Assembly: GCF_901733115.1 (NCBI RefSeq)
Contig: NZ_LR595691.1
Source of the DNA: Escherichia coli
GTDB taxonomy: Bacteria; Pseudomonadota; Gammaproteobacteria; Enterobacterales; Enterobacteriaceae
Reading direction: 5' to 3' (one strand)
Length of the DNA stretch: 32,000 nucleotides
Shown piece after piece: positions 20,139-32,000 of the stretch. Each line of letters begins with the position of its first letter. The stretch's first letter is position 1. The translations under genes were made by a program, and so were the position numbers. The notes beneath the pieces are model-generated. The model made no database searches. It was given only the letters and a program-made list of their open reading frames with translations, and was not told the origin of the DNA.

Positions 20139-21850
20139 AGGCTATCCTTCGCGTCGGGAGTAAAGGTTACGGCTGGGTCGTGACGATGCCGCCAGCTGTC
20201 AAAAATCAGGTAGACAATCACTACGGCGGCAATGAAATAACTGATCATCGCTAACCAGCGCGTACCGTAGCCGCCGAATTCAGCCAGCCCGGCATAGACG
20301 CCAATCATCGCGAACAGGATGCCAATTGACGCGATCTTGACGTTTCTCCACGGTTTCATGTCTACCGCAAACGCATCTTTGAAGGTGAACGGCGTGGCGC
20401 GCGGTTTGATAAAACCGATCACCAGCATCACGACCACGTTGATGCAGAACGTACAGGCCAGCACATAGAGGAAATGGAAGTCGAACTTCACCAGATAGTT
20501 GATGGTGATGTAGCTGATTATGCCAATCCCCATCGCCACTTTTGCCGCCAGCGCCGGGATGCGCGGGAAGAAAAAGCCCATAATGATGATGGTAACCAGC
20601 GGCACGTTGTAAATGCCGTTGAGCTGTTTCATCCAGCTATACAGCCCCTGCGGCGCGTTGGCGATCCACGGCGCGACCAGCACCGAAACGATAGCGATAA
20701 AGAAACCAAATTTGCGCCCGACGGTGACCAGCTGCTGCGGCTCGGCATTCTGGTTAATGATGCGACGGTAAATACCCATACTGAATAACGTACTGGCGCT
20801 ATTCAGAAAGCCGTTGAAGGTACTGATCACCGCACCAAATAACACCGCGCCGAAGAAACCCACCATTGGCACTGGCAGAACGTTATTGACCAGCGTCGGG
20901 TAGGCCATGTCGGCTTTCGGTAAATCCTGATACAGATGAAACGCAATCAACCCTGGCAGCACCAGTACCAGCGGGTCGAGCATTTTCAGCACCGCCGTTA
21001 ACAGCGCCCCCTTTTGCCCTTCCGCCAGGCTTTTTGACGCCAGCGTGCGTTGCACGATGCCCTGATTTGTACACCAGTAAAAGGTGTTCACCAGAATCAA
21101 ACCGGTAAATGCCGCGCCAATCGGCAAGGGATCGGTCGGGCCACCGATTGAGTTTAATTTCTCGGCGTGAACGGTGGTGAGTTGCTCAATGCCCTGCATA
21201 AAGCTGCCCTTGCCCATCGCGATCAGGCCAAATACCGGCACCATCAACCCGCCGATAACCAGCCCAATACCGTTGATGGAGTCCGCCACTGCCATTGCGC
21301 GCAGTCCGCCGATCACCGCATACAAAATTCCCGCCAGACCAAGCAAAATTACCAGTAGCCAGATAGCCGCACCGTGAGAAATCTGTAGCGATTCCCCGAC
21401 GTGAAACAGGCTGTTGAGCGCCAACGCGCCGGAGTAGAGAACAATCGGCAGAAAGCAGACGCCGGTGGCAATGAGGAAGCAGAAGTCGATGATAATACGC
21501 GTCGTTTTATCATAACGTTCCTCCAGAAAATCGGGGATGGTGGCAATGCCGCGCTTCAGATAGCGCGGTAAAAAGATTAGCGCGAGGAAGATCAGCGTCA
21601 CCGCTGAAGTCACTTCCCAGCCCATCACCGACATGCCGCTTTTGTAGGCCTGCCCGGAAAGGCCGACCAGTTGTTCCGTGGAAAGGTTGGTTAGCATTAA
21701 CGAAGCGGCAATAACCGGCGCTTTTAGTGAACGTCCGGCAAGAAAATAGCCTTGTTGCGATCCGGTATCTGTTTTGCGGACCTTCCACCAGGTGATCACC
21801 GCCACCAGCAGCGTAAAACCGACAAAACTCAAGATTTGTAACGAATTCAT
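20135..21850 (-). CDS. yidK: SGLT/sodium:solute symporter family transporter YidK
   Basis: 571 aa, about 14 TM, SSF-family sequence (NLSTEQLVGLSGQAYKSG); 4-nt ATGA overlap with yidJ. Confidence 0.94.
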   Translation of the reverse strand: MNSLQILSFVGFTLLVAVITWWKVRKTDTGSQQGYFLAGRSLKAPVIAASLMLTNLSTEQLVGLSGQAYKSGMSVMGWEVTSAVTLIFLALIFLPRYLKRGIATIPDFLEERYDKTTRIIIDFCFLIATGVCFLPIVLYSGALALNSLFHVGESLQISHGAAIWLLVILLGLAGILYAVIGGLRAMAVADSINGIGLVIGGLMVPVFGLIAMGKGSFMQGIEQLTTVHAEKLNSIGGPTDPLPIGAAFTGLILVNTFYWCTNQGIVQRTLASKSLAEGQKGALLTAVLKMLDPLVLVLPGLIAFHLYQDLPKADMAYPTLVNNVLPVPMVGFFGAVLFGAVISTFNGFLNSASTLFSMGIYRRIINQNAEPQQLVTVGRKFGFFIAIVSVLVAPWIANAPQGLYSWMKQLNGIYNVPLVTIIIMGFFFPRIPALAAKVAMGIGIISYITINYLVKFDFHFLYVLACTFCINVVVMLVIGFIKPRATPFTFKDAFAVDMKPWRNVKIASIGILFAMIGVYAGLAEFGGYGTRWLAMISYFIAAVVIVYLIFDSWRHRHDPAVTFTPDAKDSL

Positions 21851-21953
21851 CTCATAGCCCTTATTTATGTTTATGTCCCGGACGCATGAATATAGGGAGA
21901 GGTAAAATGCGTCGGGTCAGGCAGTCAGATTCTTAAAATACAAACGTCGTATC

Positions 21954-21984
21954 CCTGAACGGATTGTTTTCTGTTAAGTTCAGG
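21954..21984. promoter_or_regulatory. Candidate operator between divergent yidK and yidL
   Basis: CCTGAAC (21954-21960) with inverse GTTCAGG (21978-21984), 17-bp spacer. Confidence 0.35.
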
Positions 21985-22016
21985 TTGTGAGCATAATTCG
22001 CCGGAGGGATATTAAA

Positions 22017-25337
<3,321 letters not shown>

Positions 25338-25487
25338 TTCCACATCCTCTTTTCTCAATTCTGTAAGTAGGAAGCCTGATTGGTTATGCGGCAGGCCTGG
25401 AGCGAGGATAGGAAGATGCGATCGGCAGAACATGACGACCCAATGGGATTCGTGATCGCTTTCATGCTTTTCGTTGGGCGGTAGAGA

Positions 25488-25511
25488 TCTACGTTTTCGC
25501 GAAAAAGTAGA
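25488..25511. promoter_or_regulatory. Palindrome between divergent glvC and yidP, candidate YidP operator
   Basis: TCTAC-g-TTTTCGCGAAAA-a-GTAGA, 24 bp with one mismatched pair; coordinates may be off by 1. Confidence 0.4.
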
Positions 25512-25632
25512 CATCTGTGAGCACAGGTACACAGCATCGAACACATCTTTAAAAAAAAGATGTTTTTTCAATCGATTAAGCAGAACTTGTGGGCGCATTA
25601 CCCGTGCTTGCAGGCAAAAAAGAGATCTAGAG

Positions 25633-26349
25633 ATGATCTACAAAAGCATTGCGGAGCGGTTAAGAATTCGACTTAATTCCGCAGATTTCACGCTAAATAG
25701 CCTTCTTCCCGGTGAAAAAAAGTTGGCGGAAGAATTTGCGGTATCGCGGATGACCATCCGTAAAGCCATTGACCTGCTGGTAGCGTGGGGATTGGTGGTC
25801 CGCCGCCACGGCAGCGGCACTTACCTGGTGCGCAAAGATGTACTGCATCAAACCGCCAGCCTGACCGGGCTGGTGGAGGTGTTAAAACGGCAGGGAAAAA
25901 CGGTCACCAGCCAGGTGCTGATTTTTGAAATCATGCCTGCGCCTCCGGCCATTGCCAGCCAGTTACGGATTCAAATCAACGAGCAGATCTACTTCTCCCG
26001 TCGCGTTCGTTTTGTGGAAGGGAAACCGCTGATGCTGGAAGACAGCTATATGCCGGTAAAACTGTTCCGTAATCTTTCGCTGCAACATCTGGAAGGGTCG
26101 AAGTTTGAATATATTGAACAAGAGTGCGGGATTTTGATTGGCGGTAATTATGAAAGCCTGACGCCAGTGCTCGCCGATAGACTGCTGGCGCGGCAAATGA
26201 AGGTAGCGGAACACACGCCACTGCTGCGGATCACCTCGTTGTCATATAGCGAGAGCGGGGAGTTTTTGAATTATTCAGTGATGTTCAGAAATGCCAGCGA
26301 ATACCAGGTGGAGTACCATTTACGGCGACTCCACCCGGAAAAGAGTTAA
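25633..26349 (+). CDS. yidP: GntR-family (HutC/UTRA-type) transcriptional regulator YidP
   Basis: 238 aa from [19 protein letters not shown]; w[46 protein letters not shown] plus UTRA domain. Confidence 0.94.
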
Positions 26350-28007
26350 CCGATACTCCAGAAGAGCACCGCCAGTAATTGGGGGGTGATAATGCGCAGG
26401 AACATCACTAACGGATAGACAGTGGCGTAAGAGAGCGCCGCCGCACCGCTGGTTGGATGAAGATTATTAGCAAACGCCAGCGCCGGAGGATCGGTCATGG
26501 AACCTGCCAGCATCCCGCACATGGTCAGGTAATTCATTTTGGCTAACATCCGCGCCAGAATGCCAACAGTAATCAGCGGAACGGCGGTGATCAGGGCACC
26601 ATAACCAATCCAGCTTAGCCCTTCGCCATTGACCAGGGTATTCACAAAATCTCCACCAGATTTCAGACCAACGACCGAGAGGAACAGCACGATCCCCAGC
26701 TCCCGCAGCGCGAGGTTGGCACTTGGCGGCATAAACCAGTACAGCTTGCCGATACTGCCGATACGCCCGAGGATCAACGCCATAATCAGCGGACCGCCCG
26801 CCAGCCCCAGTTTCAACGCGGCCGGGAACCCAGGCACAAAGACGGGAATAGAACCTAACAATACGCCAAGCCCGATGCCAATAAACACTGGCAGCATCTG
26901 AACCTGTTGCAGTTTTTGCTGCGCATTCCCCAGCACATTGGCAACGGCATCAATTGCGGACGGACGCCCCACCAGATTGAGGATATCGCCGAACTGCAGG
27001 CTGATATCGCCACTGGCGACCAGTTCGACCCCGGCACGGTTCAGGCGCGAGATAACAACGTCATAGCGTTCTTTAAAGTGCAGGTCGCGAATACGTTTTC
27101 CGAGCACGTTTTCATTGGTGACCACCACACGCTCGACGCGCAAATCAGTGCCTTTCGTGGACAGCGAAGTATCGACCTCCTGACCAATCACCAGTTGCGC
27201 ATTATGTAAATCCGCTGGCAGCCCCACCAGATGCAGCAAATCGCCCAGTTGGATAATGGTATCTGGCGAAGGAACTTTTAGGGTTTCTTCGCGTTTCAGA
27301 CGCGAGCAGATAATTTTGTCGCCGTTGAGAATCGGTACATCTTTAATGGCTAAATCATGCAGGTTAGGGTTCTCAACGCGAATATTGATAGTCTTGATCA
27401 GCGCGCCGCCATTGGTGCGTGAAGACTCGTGCTGCTGAGCTTCTGTCTCGACATTGACGCGGAAAATAACCCGCAACATCCACATGGTGAACAAAATCCC
27501 GCAAATGCCGAATGGATACGCCATCGCGTAACTCATCCCCATCTGATCGACCATTTCCATTGGTGTACCCAAGTCGCGCAAAATCTGCTGCCCTGCCCCC
27601 AGCGCTGGCGTATTGGTAACCGCACCGGAGAAAATCCCCAGCACTACCGGCAGTGGAATATCAAACAGTTTATGCAGGATGGCGGTAACCAGACCACCGA
27701 TGATGACGATCAGAACAGCAAACAGGTTGAGGCGTAATCCGGAGACGCGCAATGAGGCAAAGAAGCCCGGCCCTACCTGAATCCCGATAGTATAAACGAA
27801 CAGGATCAGGCCAAATTCCTGAATAACATGCAGCATATCGCTACTTAATGTCATCCCCGCCTGAGAAACAAAATGGCCGACGATGATCCCACCAAACAGC
27901 ACGCCGCCAATACCTAATCCTATGCCGCGAAATTTGACATTGCCGATAAACAAACCGACGACTGCCACCAAAGCCAGAATACTGACCGTTAATGCTATAT
28001 CACTCAT
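26346..28007 (-). CDS. yidE: Putative transporter YidE (AAE family, AspT/YidE/YbjL, with RCK_C/TrkA-C domains)
   Basis: 553 aa from [20 protein letters not shown]; two YidE/YbjL duplication domains flanking TrkA-C repeats. Confidence 0.95.
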   Translation of the reverse strand: MSDIALTVSILALVAVVGLFIGNVKFRGIGLGIGGVLFGGIIVGHFVSQAGMTLSSDMLHVIQEFGLILFVYTIGIQVGPGFFASLRVSGLRLNLFAVLIVIIGGLVTAILHKLFDIPLPVVLGIFSGAVTNTPALGAGQQILRDLGTPMEMVDQMGMSYAMAYPFGICGILFTMWMLRVIFRVNVETEAQQHESSRTNGGALIKTINIRVENPNLHDLAIKDVPILNGDKIICSRLKREETLKVPSPDTIIQLGDLLHLVGLPADLHNAQLVIGQEVDTSLSTKGTDLRVERVVVTNENVLGKRIRDLHFKERYDVVISRLNRAGVELVASGDISLQFGDILNLVGRPSAIDAVANVLGNAQQKLQQVQMLPVFIGIGLGVLLGSIPVFVPGFPAALKLGLAGGPLIMALILGRIGSIGKLYWFMPPSANLALRELGIVLFLSVVGLKSGGDFVNTLVNGEGLSWIGYGALITAVPLITVGILARMLAKMNYLTMCGMLAGSMTDPPALAFANNLHPTSGAAALSYATVYPLVMFLRIITPQLLAVLFWSIG

Positions 28008-28159
28008 CGTCCATTTCTCTTGAGATAACATTTTTAATTGCTACGGATTATGGCTGAATCGGTGAAGCAGATTTGCCTTATAGCGCACATTATCACGGGA
28101 AAGAACGTGCCGAAATATCTTAAACAGTCGAAATTTAACGCATTGTTGAGTAAGTAAGA

Positions 28160-28188
28160 CAAAAAAAGCCCCACCAGAATGGCGGGGC
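28160..28188 (-). terminator. ibpAB operon terminator
   Basis: Minus strand GCCCCGCC-attct-GGTGGGGC followed by TTTTTTT. Confidence 0.87.
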
Positions 28189-28203
28189 AAAGAGAATAGC
28201 TAG

Positions 28204-28632
28204 TTAGCTATTTAACGCGGGACGTTCGCTGATAGCGATACGCTGCGCTGCGATGGGTTCAGGCTCATTACGAATTAAATCAATATGCAGTAAACCGTTT
28301 ACGAAGGTTGCGCCAGAGACTTCCATATTTTCAGCCAGCGTAAAGCTCAGGCTAAATGGCTGATTCATAAGCCCTTGATGCAGCCATTTTTTCTCTTCTT
28401 TTGGCTGCTCCGGCGTGCCTTTTACGCTCAGGCGCGTACCTTCCAGTTGAATCTCTAAATCTTCCTGACGGAAACCTGCCAGCGCAAGGGTAATGCGGTA
28501 GTGGTTATCGTCGCTTTTCTCAATGTTGTACGGCGGGAAGCTCTGGCTTTCACCGGCGTTTTGCAGTGCGTTGGCCAGTTTGTCAAAACCGATCCATTGA
28601 CGCATCAGTGGGGATAAATCGAAGTTACGCAT
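28204..28632 (-). CDS. ibpB: Small heat-shock protein IbpB
   Basis: 142 aa from [19 protein letters not shown]; alpha-crystallin domain. Confidence 0.98.
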
Positions 28633-28743
28633 AGTCATTTCTCCTTCTAAGAAGCGAGTAAGTACCTGCAAATCCGAAGATTCGCATATGCTCCCTGACG
28701 GCGAGCATGGAGATGTCAGGCCGCGCCAGGCGGCCTTAGGGAA

Positions 28744-29157
28744 TTAGTTGATTTCGATACGGCGCGGTTTTTTCGCTTCCGGAATCACGCGTTCGAGATC
28801 GATATACAGCAAACCATTTACCAGGTTAGCACCACGAACATGAATGTTCTCAGCTAACTGGAATTTGCGTTCAAAGTTGCGTTCAGCGATGCCCTGGTAC
28901 AGATAGGTGCGCTCTTTTTGTTCGTCGGCGTGAGCACCTTTCACCACCAGCAGATTATCCTGGGCGGTAATTTCCAGTTCGCTCTCAGCAAAACCAGCCA
29001 CAGCGATAGCAATGCGGTAATGGTTTTCGTCTACCAGTTCAACGTTATACGGAGGGTAGCCGCCATTACTCTGGCTCTGGTTGTTTTCTAAGTGGTTAAA
29101 CAAACGGTCAAATCCAATAGCAGAACGGTAAAGCGGGGATAAATCAAAGTTACGCAT
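28744..29157 (-). CDS. ibpA: Small heat-shock protein IbpA
   Basis: 137 aa from [20 protein letters not shown]; alpha-crystallin domain. Confidence 0.98.
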
Positions 29158-29255
29158 AATCAATAGCTCCTGAAATCAGCGAGAATGTAAGACCTTCCAC
29201 AATGGACAGGTCAGGTAGCCAGAACACCCATCAGGCGCGTCCTCATCGGCTACGA
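29158..29255 (-). promoter_or_regulatory. ibpA 5' UTR with expected ROSE-type RNA thermometer
   Basis: About 0.1 kb leader between the sigma-32 promoter and ibpA ATG, with Shine-Dalgarno CAGGAGCT. The fold was not computed; ROSE identity rests on the known ibpA leader. Confidence 0.75.
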
Positions 29256-29258
29256 TGT

Positions 29259-29288
29259 AAAAATGGGTCTGGAAATGAACTTTTCAAG
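29259..29288 (-). promoter_or_regulatory. Sigma-32 heat-shock promoter of ibpAB
   Basis: Minus strand CTTGAA (-35 core) then about 15 nt then CCCATTTTT (-10), close to the consensus CTTGAAA-N13-15-CCCCATnT. Confidence 0.88.
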
Positions 29289-29462
29289 CCTTATCAGCGG
29301 ACTTTTTTTTGCAGTTTATGGTCTATTGCATAGACTGAGGGGGCAGCACGAAACGTTAAAGTGCGATAGCCGCCACAGTGCGACGTAATGATGATGTTAT
29401 TTTCAGCAAGGGATCGCTATAACTCATCAGGCCAACACCCACGATCAACAGATGAATTTATT

Positions 29463-29795
29463 ATGATAAGAAATGTGTTGTTAGCGTTCATGATATGCAG
29501 CGGAATGACATTACTCGGAGGATGCTCCAGCGTGATGTCCCATACCGGAGGGAAAGAAGGAACGTATCCCGGCACCCGCGCCAGCGCCACCATGATTGGC
29601 GACGATGAAACCAACTGGGGCACTAAGTCGCTGGCGATTCTCGATATGCCGTTTACCGCTGTGATGGACACGCTTTTACTGCCGTGGGATGTGTTCCGCA
29701 AAGACAGCTCGGTGCGCTCACGCGTTGAAAAAAGCGAAGCCAACGCGCAAGCCACCAATGCGGTTATTCCACCGGCCAGAATGCCTGATAACTGA
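29463..29795 (+). CDS. yidQ: Lipoprotein YidQ (DUF1375/YceK-like)
   Basis: 110 aa from MIRNVLLAFMICSGMTLLGGC; lipobox LLGGC. Confidence 0.9.
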   Translation: MIRNVLLAFMICSGMTLLGGCSSVMSHTGGKEGTYPGTRASATMIGDDETNWGTKSLAILDMPFTAVMDTLLLPWDVFRKDSSVRSRVEKSEANAQATNAVIPPARMPDN

Positions 29796-29796
29796 T

Positions 29797-31044
29797 TTAG
29801 CGATCAGTTTCGGTGATCCACAGCTGGCCACCTTCCATCCACGCCAGCCATTGACCATCCGGCGAGAAGACCACGGCGTCCGCAGAAGGTGGATTGGCGT
29901 GGTTTTCGGTTAAATACTCAACCTCGCCGCTTTGCGCATGGGCACAAGCAATTCGATTATCCAGCACAAAGCCCAACCATTCTCCTGACGGATGCCAGTT
30001 AAATGCAGACTGAATATCCGTTTTGTTATGGGTTAACTGGCGCGGCTCGCCGCCCTGTGGCGAGATAAGCCACAGTTGCACAATGCCGTTATCATCACGC
30101 ATTAAAAACGCGATTTGCGTACCCTGCGGATTACAGCGCACCCAGTGGCGCGGGACGTTGACTAACCCCGGATAAGCCCGATGGTGGGTAAAGGTTAAAC
30201 GTCGCTGCACGACGCCGCGCGGTGGCGCGGGCAGGGTGGTTTCCGTTCCACTTAACGGCGCATCACCTGCCGCTTTCCAGCCAGCTTCATCTTGCGGTAA
30301 CTCAACGATAAACAGCTCCGGCACTTTCTCGCCCTTTGGCGAAAGTGTGTCGCCAATAAACGCCAGCGCGTGATTTCCTACCCATCCTTCTTCATAAGCA
30401 CGATTGATTTCATCGCTGCCAGGCTGCGGCGTGGGCGTGGTTTTACTCACCAGCACGCACCAGTGGCTACCGCTGTATTCACGCGGATGCTGCTTTTGTA
30501 CGTTGACCGGGCCAAACGGCGCAGCAACACCGACGTTTCGCAAATCCAGCGCCGGATCGAGTTCATGCATTACATGGTCGTTATAGGTAAAGCTCACCCT
30601 TTCACCGTTCGGGCTAAAGACATGCACATGGCTGCCGCCGCGCAGCGCTCCTGGCGTATACGGCGCGGTAATATCCATTGCATCGAGATTGCTCACCTTG
30701 CCGCCTTCAGCAATGACTCCGCGTCGATGATGGAAATCGTAATGCCATGTTTCATCAGGATTTTCCGGGCCATGGATGAAAACATATTTCTCTGACTTCG
30801 GATGAACGGTCACCACGCCGACGTGTGCGCCCTGTGACGCGCGATAGATAACCTCGACCTCGCCGGTATGGATATTCACACGCTCAATGGTCTCGCCGGT
30901 AAACGACGCCCCAGAAGGACGCACGTCAAATACCAGCCACTGGCTGTCGGGCGTCCAGGTATTGGTATTGGTGAGCAGGTGATTACGGGGAGCAAAGGTT
31001 ATCTGTTTCATGGCGCGGTCCTGATACAAAACGGGTCCCGCCAT
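29797..31044 (-). CDS. yidR: YidR, oligogalacturonate-lyase-like beta-propeller protein
   Basis: 415 aa (alternative internal start MKQITFAPRNH at 31011); repeated propeller-like motifs (FSPDGQWLAW, WHPSGEWLGF, PHGTQIAF-type blades). Confidence 0.9.
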   Translation of the reverse strand: MAGPVLYQDRAMKQITFAPRNHLLTNTNTWTPDSQWLVFDVRPSGASFTGETIERVNIHTGEVEVIYRASQGAHVGVVTVHPKSEKYVFIHGPENPDETWHYDFHHRRGVIAEGGKVSNLDAMDITAPYTPGALRGGSHVHVFSPNGERVSFTYNDHVMHELDPALDLRNVGVAAPFGPVNVQKQHPREYSGSHWCVLVSKTTPTPQPGSDEINRAYEEGWVGNHALAFIGDTLSPKGEKVPELFIVELPQDEAGWKAAGDAPLSGTETTLPAPPRGVVQRRLTFTHHRAYPGLVNVPRHWVRCNPQGTQIAFLMRDDNGIVQLWLISPQGGEPRQLTHNKTDIQSAFNWHPSGEWLGFVLDNRIACAHAQSGEVEYLTENHANPPSADAVVFSPDGQWLAWMEGGQLWITETDR

Positions 31045-31111
31045 CATACTTCACAAGGACTTCACTTTCAGACAATAGTCTTTTGCCATCGTGATGAATG
31101 TGAGTGAAAAG

Positions 31112-32000
31112 ATGGAACATTTCGACGTGGCGATTATTGGCCTCGGCCCGGCAGGATCGGCGTTGGCGCGAAAATTAGCAGGCAAAATGCAGGTGATCGC
31201 GCTGGATAAAAAGCACCAGTGTGGTACTGAAGGTTTCAGCAAACCTTGCGGCGGTCTGCTGGCACCGGACGCGCAGCGATCTTTTATTCGCGATGGACTG
31301 ACGCTTCCTGTCGATGTGATCGCCAATCCACAGATTTTCAGCGTCAAAACTGTCGACGTCGCCGCATCGCTCACGCGTAACTACCAGCGAAGCTATATCA
31401 ATATTAATCGCCATGCTTTCGACTTGTGGATGAAATCGCTGATCCCCACCAGCGTTGAGGTTTATCACGATAGCCTGTGCCGAAAAATCTGGCGTGAGGA
31501 TGATAAATGGCATGTCATTTTTCGTGCAGACGGCTGGGAGCAACATATTACCGCCCGCTATCTGGTCGGTGCCGATGGCGCAAACTCGATGGTGCGGCGA
31601 CATCTCTACCCGGATCATCAAATCCGTAAATATGTCGCTATCCAGCAGTGGTTCGTGGAGAAACATCCGGTGCCGTTCTACTCCTGCATCTTTGATAATT
31701 CGATAACTAACTGTTATTCATGGAGTATCAGCAAAGACGGTTATTTTATCTTTGGCGGTGCTTATCCAATGAAAGACGGTCAGACGCGTTTCACGACGCT
31801 GAAAGAGAAAATGAGCGCCTTTCAGTTCCAGTTTGGTAAGGCGGTGAAAAGCGAAAAATGCACGGTGCTGTTTCCCTCACGCTGGCAGGATTTTGTCTGC
31901 GGTAAGGACAACGCCTTTCTGATTGGCGAAGCGGCAGGATTTATCAGCGCCAGTTCGCTGGAGGGGATTAGCTATGCGCTGGATAGCGCAGACATTCTGC
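31112..32000 (+). CDS. cbrA: FAD-dependent oxidoreductase CbrA (YidS), 5' part; runs off the window
   Basis: ATG at 31112; [25 protein letters not shown] Rossmann/FAD motif; [19 protein letters not shown] second FAD motif; no stop before 32000, hence absent from the ORF track. Confidence 0.93.
   Translation, partial: MEHFDVAIIGLGPAGSALARKLAGKMQVIALDKKHQCGTEGFSKPCGGLLAPDAQRSFIRDGLTLPVDVIANPQIFSVKTVDVAASLTRNYQRSYININRHAFDLWMKSLIPTSVEVYHDSLCRKIWREDDKWHVIFRADGWEQHITARYLVGADGANSMVRRHLYPDHQIRKYVAIQQWFVEKHPVPFYSCIFDNSITNCYSWSISKDGYFIFGGAYPMKDGQTRFTTLKEKMSAFQFQFGKAVKSEKCTVLFPSRWQDFVCGKDNAFLIGEAAGFISASSLEGISYALDSADIL

Noticed and set aside
25338-25598. N-terminal extension of the 625-aa EIICB ORF
   Set aside because: The extension lacks PTS IIC similarity and crosses the regulatory palindrome; an RBS (GAGGATG) precedes Met at 25337.
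25474-25632. 53-codon N-terminal extension of yidP from TTG
   Set aside because: GntR wHTH domains begin near [11 protein letters not shown]; the extension is in the promoter/operator region and uses a weak start.
28633-28671. Upstream extension of IbpB ([13 protein letters not shown])
   Set aside because: Encodes the leader/RBS (AGAAGGAGAAATGACT) region; MRNFDLSPL is the conserved N-terminus shared with IbpA.

Overview
This 32 kb window is conserved Escherichia coli (or Shigella-like) chromosomal backbone, equivalent to the yicL-cbrA interval of K-12. No phage, plasmid, CRISPR array or classical defence island is visible. The gene order is: yicL(partial)-nlpA-yicS-nepI-yicN-adeP-adeD-uhpT-uhpC-uhpB-uhpA-ilvN-ilvB-ivbL-istR-tisB-emrD-yidF-yidG-yidH-yidI-yidJ-yidK-yidL-glv pseudogene-glvCB-yidP-yidE-ibpB-ibpA-yidQ-yidR-cbrA(partial). 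The known systems are the Uhp hexose-phosphate sensing and uptake system, attenuator-controlled ilvBN, the SOS-regulated TisB/IstR-1 type I toxin-antitoxin, a decayed alpha-glucoside PTS operon, and the heat-shock ibpAB operon. The strongest leads on less characterised biology are: (a) the yidJ-yidK (Cys-type sulfatase plus SGLT transporter) pair with a divergent AraC regulator; (b) yidF, which reads like a fragment of an anaerobic sulfatase-maturating enzyme lacking its radical-SAM core, sitting a few genes away and joined to two DUF202 membrane proteins; (c) an internally deleted, frameshifted and amber-interrupted 6-phospho-alpha-glucosidase next to an apparently intact EIICB; (d) an IstR-1/tisAB pairing site containing a G:U wobble; and (e) several palindromes in divergent regulatory regions. 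Family and K-12 comparisons come from memory, not from searches.
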